A stretch of DNA of 64,000 nt. Source: Armatimonadota bacterium (lineage in GTDB: Bacteria > Armatimonadota > Fervidibacteria > Fervidibacterales > Thermosaccharophagaceae). The position numbers were made by a program, and so were the translations under genes. The DNA is taken from assembly GCA_025062195.1 (NCBI GenBank), contig JANXAS010000013.1, positions 3,501 through 67,500 of the forward strand, given 5' to 3'. Positions 10,164-19,663 of the stretch are shown here, in pieces. The first letter of the stretch is position 1, and each line of letters opens with the position of its first letter. The notes beneath the pieces were generated by a model. The model did no database searches. It saw only the letters and a list, made by a program, of their open reading frames with translations, and was not told where the DNA came from.

Positions 10164-10538
10164 ATGGCTAAGAAGATAATCATAGCTGATGATGAGCCAG
10201 TGGTGCGTCAGGTGTTAAAGCAAGTGCTGCAAAGCGAGGGCTATGATGTCATTGAAGCGGAGAACGGTGAGGAAGCTGTCAAGCTGGTCAAAAGTGAGAA
10301 ACCGGATTTGCTCATCTTAGATGTGCGGATGCCCGTAATGGATGGAATGCAAGCGTGCCGAGTTATAAGGCAGCTTGATGAGCCGATGAGGAATGTGCCT
10401 ATCATCATCCTCACCGCTGTTGATACAACGCTTGGCAGGCGTGTCAGTGCTGAACTGGGCGTTGATATGTATCTGACAAAACCGATAAGCCCAAAGGAGC
10501 TGCGCAGCAAGGTCAGAGAGCTTGTTGGACCACCTTAA
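10164..10538 (+). CDS. Single-domain response regulator (CheY-like)
   Basis: IIIADDE, LLILDVRMP, IILT and TKP. Confidence 0.92.
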   Translation: MAKKIIIADDEPVVRQVLKQVLQSEGYDVIEAENGEEAVKLVKSEKPDLLILDVRMPVMDGMQACRVIRQLDEPMRNVPIIILTAVDTTLGRRVSAELGVDMYLTKPISPKELRSKVRELVGPP

Positions 10539-10632
10539 TATTAGCCGAATTGCATTCGCTTCAGTGTGGGAGAGAATCGCTCCGTGAACAGGCGATTGAG
10601 TGCACCCTTATGAACTCAAGCGGTGATAAAGG

Positions 10633-11562
10633 ATGGGTATGGTTGACATTTCAAACAAGATTCGGACGCATCGCACCGCTGTTGCAGAGGCATTTGTTAA
10701 AGCCTCCAACAGGGCTGTAGAGATGGCATTCACTGGCAAACTACCAAAGGGAGAAGCTATCTCCGTTGCCAAAGTCAGCGCCATACAAGCAGCAAAGATG
10801 ACGAGCTCGCTAATACCTTATTGCCACCAGGTGAGGCTCACCAACATTGATGTTTCCTTTGAATCGGCTGATGAGGGCATAAGGGTGATTGCAAGCGCTT
10901 CGGCAATAGACCGCACCGGTGTTGAAATGGAGGCACTCGTAGCCGCAGCTGTTGCAGCTCTTACGCTGTATGACATGCTCAAGTCGGTTGAAGCCGGCAT
11001 TGAAATTTGTTCAATCAAATTGGTGAGCAAGTTTGGTGGCATAAGCGACTTTTCAGAGCCACTTGAGAGACAATTGCGTGCCGGTGTCGTGGTTATCTCA
11101 GACAGCGTATATTGTGGCAGACGCTCAGATACCTCTGGCGTGTCTATTGTCAACAGGCTATCGGAGTTAGGGATGAATGTCGTCCACTATTCAGTTCTCC
11201 CGGATGATGAGGAACGCATAGCCAATGAGCTGATACGATTGTGCGATCAAGAAATGCTTGATATCGTCTTCACAACCGGCGGCACTGGCATAGGTCCGAG
11301 GGATAGAACACCAGAGGCAACTGCAAATGTGATTGAGAGAGAACTTGAAGGTGTTGCTGAAGCGATGCGGTCATACGGCATTGAGAGGACACCGCTTGCA
11401 TCCCTTTCACGCGCCAAGGTTGGCGTGAGAGGTTCCACAATCATCATCAACCTTCCCGGGAGTGAGAGGGCTGTAAACGAATCCCTAAATGCGATCTTGC
11501 CATGGGTGCTGCATGCCATAACTATGCTCACAGGTGAGCACTCAAAGCTTCACTCCCCGTGA
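10633..11562 (+). CDS. moaCB: Bifunctional molybdenum cofactor biosynthesis protein MoaC/MoaB
   Basis: MVDISNK, LIPYCH and TGVEMEAL (MoaC) fused to TTGGTGIGPRDRTPEAT and INLPGS (MoaB/MogA). Confidence 0.92.
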   Translation: MGMVDISNKIRTHRTAVAEAFVKASNRAVEMAFTGKLPKGEAISVAKVSAIQAAKMTSSLIPYCHQVRLTNIDVSFESADEGIRVIASASAIDRTGVEMEALVAAAVAALTLYDMLKSVEAGIEICSIKLVSKFGGISDFSEPLERQLRAGVVVISDSVYCGRRSDTSGVSIVNRLSELGMNVVHYSVLPDDEERIANELIRLCDQEMLDIVFTTGGTGIGPRDRTPEATANVIERELEGVAEAMRSYGIERTPLASLSRAKVGVRGSTIIINLPGSERAVNESLNAILPWVLHAITMLTGEHSKLHSP

Positions 11563-11623
11563 TCCCGCTCGTCGGAAGACACACTCCCACCAAACTGATA
11601 ACCGATGTGAGGTGGAAAAAACG

Positions 11624-12406
11624 ATGGCTGTCTTTGCTGGCGACAGAGTTTATCATGTGCGCTGCCGAAAAGGAGAGGTGGGGAAATATGTCCTGATGCC
11701 CGGTGACCCAAAGAGATGCGAGCTTATAGCGCGCTATTTTGAAGACCCAGTTAAGGTGGCGGAGCACCGAGAGTATGTAACCTTCACTGGAATGCTGGAT
11801 GGAGTCACAGTCTCAGTCACTTCAACCGGAATAGGCTGTCCATCAACTGCAATAGCCGTTGAGGAGTTGAGCACCCTCGGTTGCGATACCTTTATCCGAG
11901 TCGGGACATCGGGGGCAATGCAGGCGCACATCCTTCCGGGTGACATAATTATCGGCACGGCGGCGATAAGGGATGAGGGCACAACACTTCACTATATGCC
12001 GGTTGAGTTTCCAGCGGTGGCTGATATAACAGTCACTCAGTCGCTGATTGAGGGTGCAAAGAGATGCGGTGTGCGATATCATGTCGGCATAGTTCACTCC
12101 AAGGATTCATTCTATGGAGAGGTTGAACCATCACGAATGCCAGTCCATAGCAGGCTGACGCAGCGCTGGGAGGCTTGGGTGAAGGGCGGTGCAGTCGCAT
12201 CCGAAATGGAGGCTGCAGCTCTCTTTGTTGTCTCTTCCATTCTCGGGGCGAGAGCCGGATGCGTGCTTCTTGCGGCTGCAAATGTTGAGCACGCAAGGCA
12301 GACTGGTAAGTTCACGATCATTGAAGATGTGAGCATGCTCATAAAAGTTGCCATTGAGGGCTTGCGCACGCTCATCGCTTGGGATAGGGAAGCGGGAAGA
12401 ATTTAG
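11624..12406 (+). CDS. udp: Uridine phosphorylase
   Basis: PGDPKR, HREY, STGIGCPSTAIAVEEL, RVGTSG, RDEGT and EMEAA. Confidence 0.9.
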   Translation: MAVFAGDRVYHVRCRKGEVGKYVLMPGDPKRCELIARYFEDPVKVAEHREYVTFTGMLDGVTVSVTSTGIGCPSTAIAVEELSTLGCDTFIRVGTSGAMQAHILPGDIIIGTAAIRDEGTTLHYMPVEFPAVADITVTQSLIEGAKRCGVRYHVGIVHSKDSFYGEVEPSRMPVHSRLTQRWEAWVKGGAVASEMEAAALFVVSSILGARAGCVLLAAANVEHARQTGKFTIIEDVSMLIKVAIEGLRTLIAWDREAGRI

Positions 12407-12476
12407 AATTTAAAGGGGTCACCGCATCCTCCGCTGCACGTATGGTCAAACGAGTGAAAGGGATGGAAAGCTCAAG

Positions 12477-13430
12477 ATGTCAAAAGAAGCGCTTGTGGCG
12501 GTTAGAAGGTGCAATTCATACGATCATGAGGAAGTTTACTGGGCTTGCAAAAGCGCTGTGGAGTGCATTGGTGGCTTGCGCAGCATTTTTGGGCGCGGTG
12601 ATGTCGTATTGCTAAAGCCAAACATGCTCTCAATTGCCCCACCAGAGTCAGCCGCAATAACCCATCCTGAACTCATTAGGGCGAGCATACTGCTCTTAAG
12701 GGGGATTGGATGCACACCAATCGTTGCTGATAGCCCGGCTTTTGGAACGGTGATGCAAGTGGCCGAAGCTTCCGGAATAGCAAAAGTCTGTAGCGAGCTT
12801 GATGTGCCAATTCTTACATGGCGCTCAACAGCGCACATCAATCACCCATTTTACCGGTCACGCTATCTTGTAGTCGGTAAGGAGGCTGTGCAAGTTGATG
12901 GCATCATAAATATCCCGAAGTTCAAGACGCACATCCAAGTCGGCTTCAGCGGTGCAATAAAAAACATGTTTGGATGCCTCCCTGGGAAGCGAAAAACAGT
13001 TATGCATATGACGACCGGCTTGAACGAGTATCGGTTTGCGGAGATGCTTCTCAGTTACTGTGTTGCATTGCGTCCATCGCTCACGATAGTGGATGCCATT
13101 GTGGCGATGCACAAAAACGGACCAAGAAAGGGAGAGCCATACAGGTTGGGCATGATACTTGCAAGCCGTGATGCTATAGCCGCAGATGTGGCGCTTGCCG
13201 GCATAGTGAGGATGCCAAATGCACACCAACTTTTGTTGGAAGTTGCAAGGGAGCATGAATTGCCGACCGCGTTCAGCGAGAATGTGTTCGTTGATGCGGA
13301 GGGGCTTGAGTTACCAAACGAGCCGTTTGTTTTCCCGAGGCTTGTTGGAACCGGGTTTAATCCGGGGCGAGTTATTAAAAGCATCATTAAGAACTGGATA
13401 ACAATGCTTACAGGGCGAATGCCTGAGTGA
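12477..13430 (+). CDS. DUF362-domain protein without a C-terminal ferredoxin domain
   Basis: VLLKPN, ITHPEL, INIPKFKTH, GAIKNMFG and IVDAI. Confidence 0.85.
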   Translation: MSKEALVAVRRCNSYDHEEVYWACKSAVECIGGLRSIFGRGDVVLLKPNMLSIAPPESAAITHPELIRASILLLRGIGCTPIVADSPAFGTVMQVAEASGIAKVCSELDVPILTWRSTAHINHPFYRSRYLVVGKEAVQVDGIINIPKFKTHIQVGFSGAIKNMFGCLPGKRKTVMHMTTGLNEYRFAEMLLSYCVALRPSLTIVDAIVAMHKNGPRKGEPYRLGMILASRDAIAADVALAGIVRMPNAHQLLLEVAREHELPTAFSENVFVDAEGLELPNEPFVFPRLVGTGFNPGRVIKSIIKNWITMLTGRMPE

Positions 13431-13447
13431 CGAAGGGGAAAACTACC

Positions 13448-13936
13448 ATGGAATTGACTGTGAGCACCTTCATTGAAGCGCCAGTTGAAGTTGTTTTTAA
13501 TGTGCTGAGGGATGTGGAAGGTTATCCGAGCATGTTTGCGTATGTAAAGGAACTGCATGTTGTTTGGTGCTCAGAGGATGGCAACGAACTTGTTGCAGAC
13601 ATACTTGAGGACATGTTCGGTTTCCTGAAATGGGTTCGTTCAAAATTTATCTTTAAGCCGCCGTCGCGAATAGAAGTCAGGCAACTATCAGGTCCATTCA
13701 AATCGGCTATTGGTTGGTTTGAACTTGAGCCGCAGGATAACGGGACATTGTTGAGGCACGGCGCAACAATCCACGCGACGGGGCTCACAAGGATATTCGG
13801 GATGCTGATGCTGGAAAGCGGTGAGGCTGAGGCGAGGATGAGAAGCGAAGTCGCTGCAATAAAGAAGCGCTCTGAAGGGCTCGCCAAAGCGCGCTCAGGG
13901 GGTTTGAAGGGATGCAGAAGGACAAAGAGGAATTGA
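13448..13936 (+). CDS. SRPBCC/START-fold (polyketide cyclase, Coq10/RatA-like) protein
   Basis: IEAPVEVVFNVLRDVEGYP, SGPFKS and GWFELEP. Confidence 0.8.
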   Translation: MELTVSTFIEAPVEVVFNVLRDVEGYPSMFAYVKELHVVWCSEDGNELVADILEDMFGFLKWVRSKFIFKPPSRIEVRQLSGPFKSAIGWFELEPQDNGTLLRHGATIHATGLTRIFGMLMLESGEAEARMRSEVAAIKKRSEGLAKARSGGLKGCRRTKRN

Positions 13937-14223
13937 GCATAGGGAGGTTTCAAAGGCTTATAGCAAATGCGTATGTCACAAGGGATAAAGAGAGGGGCAT
14001 TGAGAGGACATTTTTGTGGTTTGTTGAGGAGGTTGGGGAATTAGCCCGAGCAATAAAGCGTGGTGGGCAAAGTGAATTGGAAGAGGAATTTTCGGATGTG
14101 CTTGCATGGCTCGTCAGTTTGGCTACACTGTTGAATGTGGATATGGAAAAGGCTGCAAGGCGATACCTCAACGGTTGCCCAAAGTGTAAGAGTTCGCCGT
14201 GCACATGCCCGATGCAAAGGTGA
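13912..14223 (+). CDS. MazG-like nucleotide pyrophosphohydrolase
   Basis: WFVEEVGELARA, EEEFSDVLAWL and C-terminal CPKC...CTC. Confidence 0.88.
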   Translation: MQKDKEELSIGRFQRLIANAYVTRDKERGIERTFLWFVEEVGELARAIKRGGQSELEEEFSDVLAWLVSLATLLNVDMEKAARRYLNGCPKCKSSPCTCPMQR

Positions 14224-14277
14224 GTTTTAACGCCTAACCTTTCATCTCCGCGAGCGCGCTATAATGAGATTATGGCA

Positions 14278-14304
14278 TTAGCACTCTCTTCCCTTGAGTG
14301 CTAA
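14278..14304 (+). promoter_or_regulatory. CIRCE element (HrcA operator) upstream of groES
   Basis: Perfect TTAGCACTC-N9-GAGTGCTAA; TATAAT -10 box at 14260-14265. Confidence 0.97.
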
Positions 14305-14404
14305 CATTGGCGGTGCGCAAAGAAGAGTCTCTGAAACTGCAAACCCCAATTAAGCCATTTAGCGGTGGTAATTCCACGGGAGTTCAATTTGAGGAAGTGG
14401 GGGT

Positions 14405-14704
14405 ATGAGGATGAAAGTGCGTCTGCTCGGCGATAGAGTTTTAATTAAGCCGCTTGAGCAAGATGAGAAAAGTCCGGGCGGAATTATTCTCCCAGACACT
14501 GTCAAAGAGAAGCCTCAGGAAGGTATAGTTGTGGCTGTTGGTGAGGGGCGATTGCTCGCTAACGGAGAATACCACCCCATGAGGGTCAAAATTAACGACA
14601 CCGTCATTTTCTCAAGGTATGCTGGCATTGAAATACGGATTGACGGCAAGGACTACATTATCGTTAATGAGGAATCTGTTCTTGCCGTCAAGGAGGGAGA
14701 ATAG
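14405..14704 (+). CDS. groES: Co-chaperonin GroES
   Basis: LGDRVLIK, GGIILPD, KEKPQEG.VVAVG. Confidence 0.96.
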   Translation: MRMKVRLLGDRVLIKPLEQDEKSPGGIILPDTVKEKPQEGIVVAVGEGRLLANGEYHPMRVKINDTVIFSRYAGIEIRIDGKDYIIVNEESVLAVKEGE

Positions 14705-14759
14705 GAAAAAGCTGAGCCAGAGAATGACAAACAATATCAATTTTTGGAGGTGATTGCTA

Positions 14760-16397
14760 ATGGCGAAGGAGTTGTTATTCAGCGAGGAGGCAAGGCGAGC
14801 TTTGCTTCGTGGAGCCGATATGGTTGCAAACGCTGTTAAAGTGACTCTCGGACCAAGGGGGCGAAATGTGATCCTTGACAAGCGCTTCGGCTCGCCATCG
14901 GTGACAAAGGATGGAGTTACAGTTGCCAAGGAGATTGATCTCGTCAATCATTTTGAGAACCTCGGTGCGCAACTTGTGCGTGAGGTCGCATCAAGGACGA
15001 ACGATGTTGCCGGTGATGGCACAACAACAGCGACTGTGCTCGCTCAAGCAATGCTCTATGAGGGCATGAAGAATGTTGCTGCAGGCGCAAATCCAATGGC
15101 GTTGAAGCGAGGCATGGATAGAGCAGTTCAGAGAGCTGTTGAGAGGCTCAAAGAGATAGCAATTGAGGTTGAGTCAAAGGAGGATATTGAACATGTTGCA
15201 GCAATAGCCGGTAATGACCCCGAGATCGGAAAGCACATTGCTGATGCCATGGACAAGGTTGGCAAGGACGGCGTCATCACAATTGAGGAGAGCAAAGGTA
15301 TGGAAACAACTGTTGAAGTTGTTGAGGGACTGCAGTTTGATAAAGGTTACCTGTCGCCATACTTTATCACCGACATGGAGCGGGTTGAGTGCGTGCTTGA
15401 GCAGCCATACATATTGCTGCACGAGAAAAAGATTAGCTCGGCAATGGACCTCATACCGGTGCTTGAGAGGGTCGTGCAAACTAATAGAGCATTGCTGATT
15501 ATCGCTGAGGATGTTGAAGGGGAAGCGCTGGCAGTCCTCGTTGTGAACAAGCTTCGTGGTGTGCTTCAATGCTGTGCTGTCAAGGCACCCGGCTTCGGTG
15601 AGCGCCGTAAGGCAATGATGGAGGACATAGCTATCCTAACGGGCGGCACATTCATCTCTGAGGACTTAGGGATCAAGCTTGAGAATGTGACCCTTGATAT
15701 GCTCGGGCAAGCGGAGAAAGTTGTCGTGACAAAGGACAACACAACAATCATTGGTGGGAAAGGAAGCAGGGAAAGGATAGCTGGGCGCATCGCTCAGATT
15801 AAGAAGCAGATTGAGGAAACGGAATCTGATTATGACCGTGAGAAGTTGCAAGAGAGGCTCGCAAAGCTTGCCGGCGGAGTGGCTCAAATCAAAGTTGGTG
15901 CACCAACTGAGACTGAGATGAAGGAGAAGAAACACCGATACGAGGATGCTTTAAATGCGACGAGAGCTGCAGTTGAGGAAGGAATCGTCTCTGGTGGTGG
16001 AGTAAGTTATGTGCATTTGATACCGATCCTTGAAGAGCTTGAGAAGGAAACTGAAGACCCGGATGAGCGTACCGGAATTGCGATAGTCAAGAAAGCGCTT
16101 GAGGCACCGTTGAGGCAAATTGCTGACAATTCAGGTTGGGAAGGCTCCGTTGTTGTTCAGCGTGTGCGTTCGTTTGAGCCCAAGGTAGTGGATGGCAATA
16201 TTCACTATATCGGATTTGATGCGTTGCGTGAGGAGTTTGTAGATATGGTTGAAGCCGGTATTGTAGACCCAGTGAAGGTGGTGCGCTGCGCCCTTGAAAA
16301 TGCGGTGAGCATCGCTGGAATGCTTCTCACAACTGAGGCATTAGTTGCTGAGAAACCGAAGGAGGAGGAGACGCCAGCGCATCATCATGGATTCTGA
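14760..16397 (+). CDS. groEL: Chaperonin GroEL
   Basis: [28 protein letters not shown] and [15 protein letters not shown]. Confidence 0.99.
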   Translation: MAKELLFSEEARRALLRGADMVANAVKVTLGPRGRNVILDKRFGSPSVTKDGVTVAKEIDLVNHFENLGAQLVREVASRTNDVAGDGTTTATVLAQAMLYEGMKNVAAGANPMALKRGMDRAVQRAVERLKEIAIEVESKEDIEHVAAIAGNDPEIGKHIADAMDKVGKDGVITIEESKGMETTVEVVEGLQFDKGYLSPYFITDMERVECVLEQPYILLHEKKISSAMDLIPVLERVVQTNRALLIIAEDVEGEALAVLVVNKLRGVLQCCAVKAPGFGERRKAMMEDIAILTGGTFISEDLGIKLENVTLDMLGQAEKVVVTKDNTTIIGGKGSRERIAGRIAQIKKQIEETESDYDREKLQERLAKLAGGVAQIKVGAPTETEMKEKKHRYEDALNATRAAVEEGIVSGGGVSYVHLIPILEELEKETEDPDERTGIAIVKKALEAPLRQIADNSGWEGSVVVQRVRSFEPKVVDGNIHYIGFDALREEFVDMVEAGIVDPVKVVRCALENAVSIAGMLLTTEALVAEKPKEEETPAHHHGF

Positions 16398-16494
16398 TTG
16401 TGATGCCACCGGCGAGAGAAAGAGTTTTAAACCAGCTCTTTTCGGGCTTGATCTCAGGGGCAAACGCAACGCAGCTTTATGCCGTTTTCAAACT

Positions 16495-16578
16495 GAGGTA
16501 GCATCCAACCTATATAGCGACATGGCTTGCTCACAATGTCATTAAGCTCTGCAACCAGAAATGGCGACGCTGCATGGT
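16495..16578 (+). repeat. Degenerate copy of the REP-like unit and 3' part of repeat A
   Basis: aggtagcatccaacctatatagcgacatggcttg...gtcattaa...aaatggcgacgctgcatgg aligns with 58010-58061 and 58738-58812. Confidence 0.6.
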
Positions 16579-16663
16579 GAGAGTTTTTGTCGTTCCGTGA
16601 TTCAAGGGGGCATATCTCTAAAAGCTTTCACCGTGAGGATGCCCGTGCTACTTTAATTTGGCA

Positions 16664-17680
16664 TCAAGACACCTCCAAATAATCACGGAGGTGTTTGCTC
16701 AGCAGCGAATTCCTGATCTTTCTAAAGATCTTTTGTTCCGCCTGCCGCACCGCTTCCCTCGTCACTTTGAGTATACTACTGACCTCACTCAATGACCTCT
16801 CCTTGCCATCCACAAACCCATAGCGCAAGCTCAGGATATCCCTCTCTCGTTCTGTGAGCGTGGAGAGCAATTTCCTGAGGTGCTCCTTCATTGCGGCTTG
16901 GCATGCTGCATCCTCGGGTGAGAGCACGGCGTCATCTCTTACCAACTCGCCAAGTGTTGTTCCGTCTTCAGCGCTAACCTGCACGTCAAGTGAGAGTGGC
17001 TGCGGAATTAAATACATCAGCTCCTTGAGTTTCTTAAGCGGCAATTTGCTTGTCTCAGCTATTTCTTCAATTGTTGGCTGACGCCCGAGCTTTTGCGTCA
17101 GCTTATGAGTCACAGCCGATATTTTTCCAATTAAACTGGCGACTTTAATGGGCAACTTTATGCTTCTGCTTTGCTCCGCTATAGCGCGTTTAATTGCCTG
17201 CCTTATCCACCAAGCAGCATATGTCGTAAAGCGATATCCTCGCCGCCAATCAAACTTATCAACAGCGCGCACCAAACCCAAACTTCCCTCCTGGATCATA
17301 TCGGCAAGCGGCAGAGAGGTCTGAGAGGCAAATTGCTTCGCTATATGGATCACCAAGCGCAGGTTGGCTTCAACCATCTTACGGCGAGCTTCCATGTCAC
17401 CCTCTCTCACGCGCTTTGACAACTCCACTTCTTCTTGTGGTGTCAAAAGCGGCGTTCGTGAGATGATGCGCATATACATCTCCACCGAATCGTATTCCGC
17501 CTCATCACTGCCCTCGCCTTCACTGATTAAGCTATCTTTAAATCCCTCATCAGCCTCACTCTCAAACTCAGCACTGTCACCATTCATAACGCTATTTAAG
17601 AGTATCTCCTGATCGTCCCAAAGCTCACCTCTATAGCCATCAAACTCATGATGCTCCTTAACTGGGTCATCCTGAAACAC
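16664..17680 (-). CDS. RNA polymerase sigma70 factor, RpoD/SigA family (divergent)
   Basis: Regions 1.2 (DSVEMYM), 2 (EANLRLVI...QEG.LGL.RAVDKFD...TYAAWWIRQAI), 3 and 4 (VTREAVRQ); lies directly downstream of dnaG. Confidence 0.92.
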   Translation of the reverse strand: MFQDDPVKEHHEFDGYRGELWDDQEILLNSVMNGDSAEFESEADEGFKDSLISEGEGSDEAEYDSVEMYMRIISRTPLLTPQEEVELSKRVREGDMEARRKMVEANLRLVIHIAKQFASQTSLPLADMIQEGSLGLVRAVDKFDWRRGYRFTTYAAWWIRQAIKRAIAEQSRSIKLPIKVASLIGKISAVTHKLTQKLGRQPTIEEIAETSKLPLKKLKELMYLIPQPLSLDVQVSAEDGTTLGELVRDDAVLSPEDAACQAAMKEHLRKLLSTLTERERDILSLRYGFVDGKERSLSEVSSILKVTREAVRQAEQKIFRKIRNSLLSKHLRDYLEVS

Positions 17681-17830
17681 GCTGTTCACCCCTCCCTTCA
17701 CCCTGAGGGGAGCAAGAAATACCTTCCACTGGGTGAAGCAATTATTGAAACTCATCGCTCAAAGTTCAATGTGCAGGCTTAATCCAAAGCCGCTTGAGAA
17801 ACACCTATCGCTTTGTAAGGTGTAACTGGC

Positions 17831-19636
17831 TCAGCATTTTCCGCGCAACTGCTTCTCAAGCTTAAGTAGCTGTGCAACCTCTGGCGATGAACTGTCAATA
17901 CTTCCGCTTTCAGCCATCTTCAACAACCGTTCCCGCATTTGCCTTGACTGCTGTTTAATCTTGTAACGCTTGATAGTCTCAACGCGCGATTCAATTGCAC
18001 CCTCGGCATTTATAAAGCTTAGGTCAGCCATCATCAGCCCGCAAGCCTGAGAACGCAGTTGCTCATCTGTCAACTCGGATATGTATTGCGGGAGATTGTG
18101 GAATTCATCCCCCTCAATGCACGCCACGACAATGCGCGCTATTTGGCTGTGTGATTGCAGTATAAACTCATCTGGCGAGAGTAGCTCAATTATTCGCCGT
18201 GCCGCAAGCTCATCCTGTAACATCGCCGCAACAAGCTCTCTCTCGGCTTGCTCAACGCCCTTTGGCAGAGGCGCTTTTGAGCGTTCAAGCAATGCCCGCT
18301 CAATTGCATTATCAGCGCTGGTGGAAATTGCGCGAGTTGACGATGCTGCCTCATGTTTTCTCCAAGCACTCTGTATGGCTTCAAGAGTTCGGATGACCCG
18401 CTCACCATCCCCTTCAGACCAACACCTTGCCACACGCTGCATCACCCTCTCCCTTTCGAGCGGGTCATCCACCTCTCTCAATATCGCCATGAGATGACGC
18501 AATGCTTGAGAAGTTGGTCTTGAACCCTCACTTGATAGCAGGAAACGCTCAACCTTGTAATCAATCATCTTGAAGCTCTTCTCAACCAACGCTTTAAAAG
18601 CCTCGGCTCCCTCCCGCCTAACATACCCATCTGGATCCATCCCCTCGGGCATTGCCACCACCCTCACCTCAACATCCATTTGGCGGAAGAGAGCCGAAGA
18701 GCGAAGTGTTGCGCTCATACCAGCTGAATCAGCATCAAATGCGAGATACACAATACCAGCATACCTGCGCAACTGCGAAAGCATCTGCGGTGTCAAAGCG
18801 GTTCCCATTGTTGCAACTGTGTTTTGAAAACCAAATTGATGCAACGCTATTGCATCCATGTAACCCTCAACGACAATAGCTGCACCGCTTTGCTGAATGG
18901 CTTTGCGCGCAATATGTAAGGCATAGAGGACATCTCGCTTTTGGAATATCGGTGTCTCCGGTGTGTTGATATACTTTGCGGGGTTGTCGCCCAAGGCTCT
19001 GCCGCCAAATCCTATGACATCACCACTTGCTGACATTATTGGGAACATGAGCCTGTCACGGAATCGGTCATAATATCTATCACCCGTCTCAGCACGAATG
19101 ATTAAACCGACTCTAACAGCCTCCTCTGGGGCTACGGAGCATTTCTTCAAGTAGTTCGTCAATGCCTCCCACTCAGCTGGCGCATAACCCAAATTGAAGC
19201 ACCTTGCAATCTCTTCACTTATCCCCCTGCGCTTTAAGTAATCCCTTGCGGCTTTTCCAACATTTGACCATAAGGCAAGTTCGTAGAAATTCATAGCGAG
19301 TTTGTTTATCTCAATCAATCTTGCGCGGAGCGAGGCTTCGCCACCACTTAGCCTTTCAATTTTTATTCCGACTCGTTCGGCAAGCTTCCTCAAAGCTTCC
19401 CCGAATGGGATGTTTTCAACTCGCTGCACAAAACTAAACACATCTCCGCCAAGCCCACAGCCAAAGCAGTGCCACAACTGCTTATCGGGGCTAACTGTAA
19501 ATGAGGGTGTCTTTTCCTGATGGAACGGGCACAAGGCTACATAGTTTTTACCGGCGCGCTTAAGGGACACATATGAGGAGACCACTTCAACTATGTCATT
19601 CCGTTCGCGCACCTCTCTAATCAGTTCCGCGTTCAT
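17831..19636 (-). CDS. dnaG: DNA primase
   Basis: CPFHQEKTPSF...HCFGC zinc finger, DRFRDRLMFPI, KYINTPET, VEGYMD and FDADSAG. Confidence 0.98.
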   Translation of the reverse strand: MNAELIREVRERNDIVEVVSSYVSLKRAGKNYVALCPFHQEKTPSFTVSPDKQLWHCFGCGLGGDVFSFVQRVENIPFGEALRKLAERVGIKIERLSGGEASLRARLIEINKLAMNFYELALWSNVGKAARDYLKRRGISEEIARCFNLGYAPAEWEALTNYLKKCSVAPEEAVRVGLIIRAETGDRYYDRFRDRLMFPIMSASGDVIGFGGRALGDNPAKYINTPETPIFQKRDVLYALHIARKAIQQSGAAIVVEGYMDAIALHQFGFQNTVATMGTALTPQMLSQLRRYAGIVYLAFDADSAGMSATLRSSALFRQMDVEVRVVAMPEGMDPDGYVRREGAEAFKALVEKSFKMIDYKVERFLLSSEGSRPTSQALRHLMAILREVDDPLERERVMQRVARCWSEGDGERVIRTLEAIQSAWRKHEAASSTRAISTSADNAIERALLERSKAPLPKGVEQAERELVAAMLQDELAARRIIELLSPDEFILQSHSQIARIVVACIEGDEFHNLPQYISELTDEQLRSQACGLMMADLSFINAEGAIESRVETIKRYKIKQQSRQMRERLLKMAESGSIDSSSPEVAQLLKLEKQLRGKC

Positions 19637-19663
19637 AATCCTTTCTCCCTCAACTTGAGGTGC

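Noticed and set aside
7599-14223. DUF429 nuclease, MazG and RatA-like genes as an anti-phage or toxin-antitoxin system
   Set aside because: The genes are interspersed with housekeeping genes, no antitoxin or defence partner is evident, and these families are common outside defence islands.
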